Part shown: piece after piece, positions 19,047-25,368 of the stretch
Layout: each line of letters starts with the position of its first letter
Position numbering within the stretch: the stretch's first letter is position 1
Virus record (IMG/VR): IMGVR_UViG_3300033406_000036
Location: 1 to 29,286 of that record
DNA from: a virus
Lineage: Duplodnaviria > Caudoviricetes
Direction: 5' to 3' (one strand)
Length of the DNA stretch: 29,286 nucleotides
Program-made: the position numbers and the translations under genes
Notes under the pieces: generated by a model
Database searches by the model: none
The model's input: the letters and a program-made list of their open reading frames with translations, nothing else
What the model was told of the DNA's origin: nothing

Positions 19047-19916
19047 ATGGCTTATCAAGTAGACGAGCATACAGTATCATTGTTACATTTTGATAATGGG
19101 ATTAAGGATGAGACAGGAAAGGCTTGGACGGTTAATGGTAAGGCTGCCATTAGTACTGCACAAAGTAAATTCGGGGGAGCATCTCTTTATCTTGGTTCCA
19201 CGGGTGATTCTATTTCTGTTCAGAGCCCGCTAGTAGATCTGCATAGTTCGCCATATACGATTGAAATGTGGTTTTACCCAACATCTATTGCTGGCAGTCT
19301 TGGAGATCAGTATGGTGTATTAACTGGTTTCACTGGTTTTGCTGACCCATATACGGGAGCTGCAATTTCGTACGTAAAAGTAACAAATGAGGGTCATCAA
19401 CCAGAGCAAGTAAGTGGAATTAATTTATGCTCTGTGGATAAAGCTGCCCTCAATACTTGGCATCATGTTGCGTTAACATTTGACGGTACAACTACAAGAC
19501 TATTTTTAAATGGTAAGCTAGAAGGTACCTCAGGCACATTAAATACAGCGGCGAGCCTTGGAAATCTTGTTATAGGTAAAACTGCTGGTGGGTATACCTA
19601 TCAATTTTACGGCTATATCGATGAATTTCGTATTTCCAATATAGCACGTTGGACTTCTGACTTTGATCCTGAAACCCCCGATAACCCCGATAACCCCGAT
19701 TCTGGAAAACTATTATTAACAGTTACCTTGGCTGAGGAAGTTGAACGGGAATATGATTTAACCCAAGATCAGGTAAATGCATTTATCAATTGGTATACTG
19801 CTAGGTCTAGTGGAACAGGCGCAGCTTTCTATACCTTTGATAAGAGCTTTAACCGTGAAGATTATTTGCCTTTCGATAAGATCATTACCTTTGAAATTAC
19901 TGATTTTACAATGTAG
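19047..19916 (+). CDS. LamG/ConA-like domain protein with conserved C-terminal domain
   Basis: ATG 19047 after GGAGG; TVSLLHFD, SKFGGASLY, YTIEMWFYP, WHHVALTFDG and GYIDEFRISNIARWT LamG motifs; PDNPDNPD linker. Confidence 0.85.
   Translation: MAYQVDEHTVSLLHFDNGIKDETGKAWTVNGKAAISTAQSKFGGASLYLGSTGDSISVQSPLVDLHSSPYTIEMWFYPTSIAGSLGDQYGVLTGFTGFADPYTGAAISYVKVTNEGHQPEQVSGINLCSVDKAALNTWHHVALTFDGTTTRLFLNGKLEGTSGTLNTAASLGNLVIGKTAGGYTYQFYGYIDEFRISNIARWTSDFDPETPDNPDNPDSGKLLLTVTLAEEVEREYDLTQDQVNAFINWYTARSSGTGAAFYTFDKSFNREDYLPFDKIITFEITDFTM
19676..19700 (+). repeat. 9-bp tandem repeat encoding PDN linker
   Basis: CCCCGATAA CCCCGATAA CCCCGAT. Confidence 0.8.
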
Positions 19917-19984
19917 CGTCTGGATGAAGCGACTTCGGGAAAACGATCCCTAGATATATCATGATTAATTAGGAGGAATGTAAA

Positions 19985-20638
19985 ATGGCAACAGTGGGAG
20001 ATATTTTGATAGCACCAGAGGCAGGATGGCGCAGATATGAAGATTCAAACAGTCAATTTTCTTATTCAGGTTCTTGGACTGCTGAGACAGGTATAACTGG
20101 TAATTCAGATGGAAGCCTTCATTATACTAATGTTTTAGGTAACAATTGTTCTTTCAATTTTTACGGATCAAAAATAAGAATAATTGGAACCTATGCTGAT
20201 AATTATTCAACATTAGTTGATGTGGTTATTGATGGGACAACATATAATTACAATCAATACGCAACGAGTGTATCGAGATCAGTCCTAGTCTTTGAAAAAC
20301 AGGATTTGAGTCTTGGTAACCATTCAATAAGTGTAATTAATCGCGAATCCGGTAAGCATATATCTTTAGATGCAATCGAGATTGATGAAAACGGAGAACT
20401 GAAGCCCTATAACCCAAATATCGAAAACGCTCTATTGCGTGTAACAATGACCGACTCAAGTGAGCGTGAATATCAATTACCTACTACCGATATTGAAGGC
20501 TTCATTAGCTGGTTTAACCAGCATACGAGTACGTCTACCGCAGGCTATATGCTTAATAAAAAGATTGGTTTGCAGAGCAGCAAGGATTATTTAGCCTTTG
20601 ACAAAATCATTAGCTTTGAAGTGATTCCAATAGCATAG
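19985..20638 (+). CDS. Galactose-binding-like jelly-roll protein with the same C-terminal domain
   Basis: AGGAGG RBS; PEAGWRRYED, FNFYGSKIRIIG, L..GNH and ISLDAIEI; C-terminus homologous to the previous ORF. Confidence 0.75.
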   Translation: MATVGDILIAPEAGWRRYEDSNSQFSYSGSWTAETGITGNSDGSLHYTNVLGNNCSFNFYGSKIRIIGTYADNYSTLVDVVIDGTTYNYNQYATSVSRSVLVFEKQDLSLGNHSISVINRESGKHISLDAIEIDENGELKPYNPNIENALLRVTMTDSSEREYQLPTTDIEGFISWFNQHTSTSTAGYMLNKKIGLQSSKDYLAFDKIISFEVIPIA

Positions 20639-20652
20639 TATGCACTGACCAC

Positions 20653-20691
20653 AGCCGCCTGCCGGGTTCGTCCTGGTGGGTGGTTTTTATT
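20653..20691 (+). terminator. Hairpin family copy 1
   Basis: AGCCGCCTGCCGGG-TTCG-TCCTGGTGGGTGGTT-TTTATT. Confidence 0.7.
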
Positions 20692-20718
20692 ATTTTTGGG
20701 AAATATTTATAACGAATA

Positions 20719-20746
20719 GGAGGATTTGCCAAATTCCCCACGAAAT
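20719..20746 (+). promoter_or_regulatory. Possible sigma-H-type promoter of the P63C gene
   Basis: GGAGGATTT-N12-ACGAAA against consensus RNAGGAWWW-N11/12-RMGAAT. Confidence 0.4.
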
Positions 20747-20812
20747 AACATTTAGTTACATTGTTCGCAGGGTGCGATAAAATTGATGTTCAAGGACATT
20801 GGGGGAATAATA

Positions 20813-21739
20813 ATGAATCATGATATGCCAAAAGCTACACATCGCGGTGAAGTAATAATTGGTGACATTAAAATTCCTTGTGCCGTTTTGGACAACGGGG
20901 AACGAGTGTTAAGCGAAACAGGAGTAACAGTAGCTATATTGGGAACTAGGAGTGGAGCTTCAAAAAGATCAAAAAAAGCGCAAGAACAACTTGGGGCCCC
21001 TATACCTATTTTTTTAGCACCTAAAACTCTAAAGCCCTTTATTGATGAGGCTTTAGAAGGCGGAGCCCTTACACCAATAAAATATCGTGATGGTAAAAGA
21101 ATTATATCTGGTTATAATGCTTCTATTCTTCCTACAGTTTGCGATATTTGGCTAAAAGCTAGAGAATCAAATGTTTTACAAAAACAGCAACTTGATAAAG
21201 CACTTAAAGCAGAAGTTTTAATGCGCGGCCTTGCTCATACTGGCATTATTGCTCTTGTGGATGAAGCTACCGGCTATCAAGAAGCAAGAGAAAAAGATGC
21301 ATTACAGCAATTATTATCAATTTACTTATCAGAAGAAAGACTAAAATGGGCAAAGATGTTTCCAGATGAATTTTATCGCCAACTTTTCAGATTACGCGGT
21401 TGGAAATATAACCCAATGAGTGTTAAACGGCCTCAGTATGTTGGCAAACTTACTAATAAATTAGTGTACGAAAAATTGCCGCCCCACGTTCTGGACGAAT
21501 TAAGAGAACTTAATCCGGTCAAAAACGAAAAGACTTGGCGACGCGAGGCTGCACATTTTCAGCATCTTTCACCTGATATTGGGCAACCCGATTTACACGC
21601 CCATTTACTCCAATTAATTGCTGTTATGAGAGTATCTTCTAACTGGAGTATATTTAAACGGAATTTTGCTAAAGCTTTCCCGGACCCAAACGAACAAATA
21701 GAATTAGAACTTGATGAGTTTGATAATGAAGAGGAATAG
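20813..21739 (+). CDS. P63C domain-containing phage protein
   Basis: ATG 20813 after GGGGG; IPCAVLDNGERVLS, GIIALVDEATGYQ, W.KMFPDEFY.QLFRL.GW and GKLTN.LVY..LP motifs. Confidence 0.85.
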   Translation: MNHDMPKATHRGEVIIGDIKIPCAVLDNGERVLSETGVTVAILGTRSGASKRSKKAQEQLGAPIPIFLAPKTLKPFIDEALEGGALTPIKYRDGKRIISGYNASILPTVCDIWLKARESNVLQKQQLDKALKAEVLMRGLAHTGIIALVDEATGYQEAREKDALQQLLSIYLSEERLKWAKMFPDEFYRQLFRLRGWKYNPMSVKRPQYVGKLTNKLVYEKLPPHVLDELRELNPVKNEKTWRREAAHFQHLSPDIGQPDLHAHLLQLIAVMRVSSNWSIFKRNFAKAFPDPNEQIELELDEFDNEEE

Positions 21740-21773
21740 TTAATGCCATATAGCCATCTACCTTCAGACAGTT

Positions 21774-21815
21774 AATCCCACTCTCAGCCGTTTGGTTGGG
21801 GGTGGGATTTTTATT
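21774..21815 (+). terminator. Intrinsic terminator after the P63C gene
   Basis: AATCCCACTCTCAGCCG..TGGTTGGGGGTGGGATT-TTTATT. Confidence 0.7.
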
Positions 21816-21901
21816 AAAGTACTAATTAGGTTAAAGAACAAGAAAGATATCAATTTAATTTAATATGTGACAGGTTTTTACATATTACCTCACAATATTG
21901 A

Positions 21902-21929
21902 TTTACAATGTAGATAAGCCGTTTATAAT
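21902..21929 (+). promoter_or_regulatory. Sigma-A promoter of the two-gene operon
   Basis: TTTACA-N16-TATAAT; the -10 lies within an imperfect palindrome AGCCGTTTATAATGGCT. Confidence 0.55.
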
Positions 21930-21979
21930 GGCTGGTTACAGAAACATTTAATCTTATGTGGAGGTAATAGAAGACTATT

Positions 21980-22969
21980 ATGAGAAAATACATTAGATTT
22001 AATTATTTTATGCCGGTTTTAGTGCCAGCTGCTTCAGCCCTACGAGCTGAAATGGATGAAATTGATATTGATTATGCAAACGCTCCAACATGGGATATGC
22101 TCCCAATGTTAGAATATGTAGAAACTAATCATGTTAATAATTGGAACTGTTCTTTAGGGGATGAATATGCAGAAATAGAACCAAACACAATTATTACAAG
22201 AAACGTTAGTCTAAAAGGATTCCAACTATCTAAATTACGCGAAAATAATATTCCAGCGAAAAAGAAATTAGGTGAAATAAAACAAGATATAATGCTTGAA
22301 GATGATGAGTTTATTGGAGAATTTGTAACCTGCCTCTATGATTCTCAACTTGGAGTGTTGGCTATTCAATCTAATAGATATGGGTTAACTACTAATCAAG
22401 TAGAGGAATTTTTAACAAACATACGTTTAATATATTGCTCGGCAATCAATGATGCTCAAGAACAAGAAGATCCACAAATTGTAAAGTTGCGCCCGATATT
22501 AGATACAAATGGGATGGCTGCAGCTTTAAACGCTGAAATTATTCGAAAAATAAAGTTGCGCGCAGCAGATTTTATGTCTGACGCTCGTTTAGCCGATGAA
22601 CCCCTTCTCGGATCAGCCAGAAATTGTTTATCAACTTTTTCTGGTGCTAGTGTTGAAATAACAATATCCGTAGGTCAATCTCGCACTGAAACTCTGTGTG
22701 TAGATAAAATTAGAAGAAGTATAAAGCTATTTAATGAATACCGAACAATGAGTCCGAATGCTTTTAATTTAGAATTAACAAAAAAAGATGACGCTGATTC
22801 ATCTGTTGATACTATTAATCTTGTTACTCCAAGAATGACAGATGTCGTTTCAGCAGAAATTGCACCACGTACTTCAATTGGGCATGGATATCTTTTAAGT
22901 TTAATACTAGAAAAATATATGGAAAAGCGGAGCGTTTTTCATAGAATACTAATTCCACCGGAGGAATGA
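21980..22969 (+). CDS. DUF6731-like soluble protein; candidate sensor of a two-gene anti-phage system
   Basis: GGAGG RBS; IRFNYF, KLRENNIP, LEDDEFIGE..LYD..LAIQSNRYGL and LRPILD motifs (family assigned from memory). Confidence 0.6.
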   Translation: MRKYIRFNYFMPVLVPAASALRAEMDEIDIDYANAPTWDMLPMLEYVETNHVNNWNCSLGDEYAEIEPNTIITRNVSLKGFQLSKLRENNIPAKKKLGEIKQDIMLEDDEFIGEFVTCLYDSQLGVLAIQSNRYGLTTNQVEEFLTNIRLIYCSAINDAQEQEDPQIVKLRPILDTNGMAAALNAEIIRKIKLRAADFMSDARLADEPLLGSARNCLSTFSGASVEITISVGQSRTETLCVDKIRRSIKLFNEYRTMSPNAFNLELTKKDDADSSVDTINLVTPRMTDVVSAEIAPRTSIGHGYLLSLILEKYMEKRSVFHRILIPPEE

Positions 22970-22975
22970 TAAAAA

Positions 22976-23485
22976 ATGGCTAATATAGGATGTTTGTGGA
23001 GACGATGGCTTGAGCGACTAGAAAATACGTGGACTGAACATTCTTTGCTTATTAGTGCTCTTCTGGGAGCTTTTTGTAGTATCTTATATTACTACAATTA
23101 CATTAGTAATTTACGCCAAACAATTGCAAATGTAGTAGTATTTGCATCCATTATTGTTGGTATGCTGGGTGTGTTTCTAACATTAATTATTACATTGAAA
23201 GAAAGTCCTGTTTTTGATAGAATGAGATCATTTTTCCCAAAAATCGAAGAAAAGCTTTTTGTATGGATTCGCAACCAAATTTGGTCAGGTATATTTGTTG
23301 TCATGCTTTCAGTTGTTATATCAATAATGCCAAATCCCACAAATCGTTTGATTACTAGCAGTGGAGTGTTTATTTGGACAACAATTTTTTGGCATATTTG
23401 TTTTGGGTCTTTTTATACCGTTAAGTTGATAACAGATCTTATTTTGAAAAATGTAACACAGCCGATCCGCAAATTTAAGCCATGA
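22976..23485 (+). CDS. Four-TM membrane protein; candidate effector
   Basis: GGAGGA RBS inside the upstream gene end, 6-nt gap; four hydrophobic helices. Confidence 0.7.
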   Translation: MANIGCLWRRWLERLENTWTEHSLLISALLGAFCSILYYYNYISNLRQTIANVVVFASIIVGMLGVFLTLIITLKESPVFDRMRSFFPKIEEKLFVWIRNQIWSGIFVVMLSVVISIMPNPTNRLITSSGVFIWTTIFWHICFGSFYTVKLITDLILKNVTQPIRKFKP

Positions 23486-23514
23486 AAAGCCGTAACTGTG
23501 TTGGCTTTTATCAT
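23481..23514 (+). terminator. Hairpin after the two-gene operon
   Basis: CATGAAAAGCCG..TGGCTTTTATCATG. Confidence 0.4.
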
Positions 23515-23521
23515 GGTCGAT

Positions 23522-23584
23522 TGTGGGGTAGTTTGTTGGGCTCATAATCCGAAGGTCACGGGTTCAGGTCCTGTCCCCGCAACC
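23522..23584 (+). pseudogene. tRNA-fMet(CAT)-derived element lacking the D arm
   Basis: Acceptor TGTGGGG/CCCCGCA; anticodon arm TTGGG-CTCATAA-TCCGA; T arm ACGGG-TTCAGGT-CCTGT; 3' ACC; matches initiator tRNA signature GGGCTCATAACCCGAAGGTC..CCCCGCAACCA. Confidence 0.8.
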
Positions 23585-23592
23585 CGCATTTT

Positions 23593-23619
23593 AGCCGTAT
23601 CCTCCGAGGTGCGGTTTTT
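23593..23619 (+). terminator. Hairpin family copy (degenerate)
   Basis: AGCCGTATCC-TCCG-AGGTGCGGTT-TTT. Confidence 0.6.
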
Positions 23620-23633
23620 CCATTTATCCCCTC

Positions 23634-23662
23634 TTTACGCCGCCGAACAAACGTTCTAAATA
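23634..23662 (+). promoter_or_regulatory. SOS promoter with Firmicute LexA (Cheo) box
   Basis: TTTACG-N17-TAAATA, with CGAAC-AAAC-GTTC (23644-23656) in the spacer. Confidence 0.7.
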
Positions 23663-23667
23663 AAACC

Positions 23668-23973
23668 ATAAAAACATACGTCAGCATCACAGCCCAGCAC
23701 GATAAATCTGGTAACAGCCTTCCATTAATAATGCACTGGCCAGACGGACGCAAATTCGAGATCGACCGCATAATGAACGTTTGCATGGCACAGTCACTGA
23801 TTGGCGGCGGCCATGGTATGCGGTATAAGTGCCGCCGGATCAGGAATAAGCAGGTCAATTTGTTTTGTGGTGATTTGGATGGTAAGTGGTTTCTTGAGCA
23901 TTTGCAGGAATTTCGACAAAAACAGAGAATGATTTTACCATACTGCGTATTGGAGGGATTTTATGCGAATTAG
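23668..23973 (+). pseudogene. Remnant of a small SOS-associated protein (family often found next to UmuC/DinB genes)
   Basis: In-frame KTYVSITAQHDKSG..P..MHWPDGRKFEIDRI..SL.GGG.GMRY.C..KWFLE; no ATG or RBS at the expected N-terminus (ATA at 23668). Confidence 0.55.
23904..23930 (+). promoter_or_regulatory. Sigma-H-type promoter
   Basis: GCAGGAATT-N12-GAGAAT, a full match to RNAGGAWWW-N11/12-RMGAAT. Confidence 0.55.
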
Positions 23974-24127
23974 TTGCAGATGCGGTCATACAGAAACATT
24001 TTCAAATAAAATGGAAAACTTCGAGATTCGTTTAATCAAGTTTTCTGTAGACAGTAAAACAGGAGTAATATCTGTTGTTTGCAAAAACTGCGGGCAGGAA
24101 ACGGAAGAAATATTAATAGGTATTTGA
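23963..24127 (+). CDS. 54-aa zinc-ribbon-like protein (not in ORF track)
   Basis: GGAGG RBS; MRISCRCGH...VCKNCGQETEEILIGI*. Confidence 0.65.
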   Translation: MRISCRCGHTETFSNKMENFEIRLIKFSVDSKTGVISVVCKNCGQETEEILIGI

Positions 24128-24185
24128 TACAATAGTGCCTTTAGCTGGTTGAGGGTTTATTTATCTTTGTGTAACCGCAACTTTT

Positions 24186-24217
24186 AGCCGCATCCTTCGG
24201 GGTACGGCTTTTTTATT
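24186..24217 (+). terminator. Hairpin family copy
   Basis: AGCCGCATCC-TTCG-GGGTACGGCT-TTTTTATT. Confidence 0.7.
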
Positions 24218-24268
24218 TGTTGCGAAAATTGTATAATATTAACATGAGACTTAATTAGTGAGGTAAAC

Positions 24269-24820
24269 ATGGATTCTCTAAAGCCTGTTATGGATTTCGC
24301 AAAGGTTATAATTGAAAAAGCAAAGCTTGTTTATTTATGCTTAGTAATTACTATGACTTCAATTGTATTGTTTTATTTACCTGATAATTTAGTAATGAAA
24401 CTTAAACTATATCCTATTCGAGAAGAATATAGTGGATATATTAACTTAATGGCTTTGTTATCTTGCATATATCTATTAATAATTATTGCTAAAAGAACCT
24501 ACGAACTGATGATAATACAATGGTATAAATACGTTTTAAATAAAAAGATTAAGGATAAGATGAAAAACCTGAGCACCGATGAAAAAGTTATTTTAGGAAA
24601 TTTTATAAATAACGAAGGAAATGTGGATATTTTTGCTTACATGGATAGTAGGAATAAAAGCGTTATTGAACTTCAATCATGTGGTGTTCTGGAAATATAT
24701 ATCCAAAGAGGACAAGATAATAGAATACTAAACGGTCGAACACTGCGCTTAGATACTCCTTATAAATTAAATGCTCTTGCTAGAAAATACTTTGGAAATT
24801 TAATTAAGCAAACAACTTAA
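24269..24820 (+). CDS. Superinfection exclusion B (SieB)-family membrane protein
   Basis: Two TM helices with LP...KL.L loop, then NLSTDEKVIL..F and V.EL...GVL winged-helix-like tail; very AT-rich; TATAAT at 24231. Confidence 0.7.
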   Translation: MDSLKPVMDFAKVIIEKAKLVYLCLVITMTSIVLFYLPDNLVMKLKLYPIREEYSGYINLMALLSCIYLLIIIAKRTYELMIIQWYKYVLNKKIKDKMKNLSTDEKVILGNFINNEGNVDIFAYMDSRNKSVIELQSCGVLEIYIQRGQDNRILNGRTLRLDTPYKLNALARKYFGNLIKQTT

Positions 24821-24871
24821 CCGTTCTGCTTTTCCAATTCATTCCCTCTTTACACCAACCATTGTATTCTG

Positions 24872-24903
24872 ACCGTCTACCTTCGGGTGGGCGGCTTTTT
24901 ATT
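24872..24903 (+). terminator. Hairpin family copy
   Basis: ACCGTCTACC-TTCG-GGTGGGCGGC-TTTTTATT. Confidence 0.75.
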
Positions 24904-24981
24904 ACAATGTTCCAGGAGCAAAACCATCCTGTATAGCATAGTATGTAATGTCCCTAATACATAATGAAGGAGGTATGCTTT

Positions 24982-25092
24982 ATGGGATTTGGTAATTTCG
25001 GAGGAGGTCGTGATAGTAGCTGTTTTATAATCATCATTATAATACTTTTACTATTTTTCTGCTGCAATGATGAATGTAGTCCAACCTGCTAA
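24982..25092 (+). CDS. 36-aa YjcZ/SscA-like sporulation peptide (not in ORF track)
   Basis: AAGGAGG RBS; MGFGNFGGGRDSSCFIIIIIILLLFFCCNDECSPTC*. Confidence 0.65.
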   Translation: MGFGNFGGGRDSSCFIIIIIILLLFFCCNDECSPTC

Positions 25093-25155
25093 CATAGTTT
25101 AATCGTAGCCAAATCCACAACTAAATCTAACGTACGGCCGCTAGATATCGGTTGT

Positions 25156-25193
25156 AAAGTCGCCTGCCCTTCGGGATGGGTGACTTTTTTATT
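25156..25193 (+). terminator. Hairpin family copy
   Basis: AAAGTCGCCTGCCC-TTCG-GGATGGGTGACTTT-TTTATT. Confidence 0.75.
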
Positions 25194-25311
25194 TTACGGC
25201 ATAAATAAGCCCCTGGCTTGTGCCGGGGGGGGTGTTGCAATGAATTAGTGAAATACTTACGCATATAGAATATAATTAGGAAGAGAAATTTTTGTCTACC
25301 GCAAGTTTCGT

Positions 25312-25324
25312 GTCCTCGGCACCA
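25312..25324 (+). mobile_element. Putative attR core: duplicated 3' end of a tRNA-Leu-type gene
   Basis: GTCCTCGGCACCA (CCTCGGC is complementary to the GCCGAGG 5' end of Leu tRNAs; discriminator A plus CCA); no upstream tRNA body; followed by a terminator and host genes. Confidence 0.65.
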
Positions 25325-25328
25325 ATAT

Positions 25329-25368
25329 TTAACAGACTTCGCAGTCATTGCGAAGTCTGTTAATTTTT
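25329..25368. terminator. Bidirectional host terminator
   Basis: TTAACAGACTTCGCA-GTCAT-TGCGAAGTCTGTTAA, a perfect 15-bp stem between attR and the stop of the EAL gene. Confidence 0.8.

Larger units (their letters stand above)
1..25324 (+). mobile_element. Prophage, right-hand part (tail, lysis and cargo modules) ending at putative attR
   Basis: Co-oriented tape measure, tail-tip, holin and endolysin genes, then morons; ends at a tRNA 3'-end duplication, after which oppositely oriented host genes begin. Confidence 0.9.

Noticed and set aside
19917-19960. Possible riboswitch between the paired genes (GAAGCGACTTC, GGGAAAACGATCCC)
   Set aside because: Only two tiny hairpins; no c-di-GMP-I/II or other aptamer consensus recognised
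11446-20638. Diversity-generating retroelement or invertible tail-fibre switch
   Set aside because: No reverse transcriptase or invertase, no TR/VR pair differing at adenines, and no inverted fibre cassettes seen in the window
23522-23584. Functional tRNA-Met, or the prophage's attR
   Set aside because: D arm and CCA are missing; phage-type cargo continues past it and a better boundary exists at 25312-25324
23556-23858. 100-aa minus-strand ORF, and similarly 25127-25348
   Set aside because: They run through tRNA relic, terminator or att sequences; no RBS
20653-25193. CRISPR array or true integron attC sites
   Set aside because: Repeats are degenerate, hundreds of bp apart and terminator-shaped; no cas or intI gene, and no RYYYAAC/GTTRRRY ends
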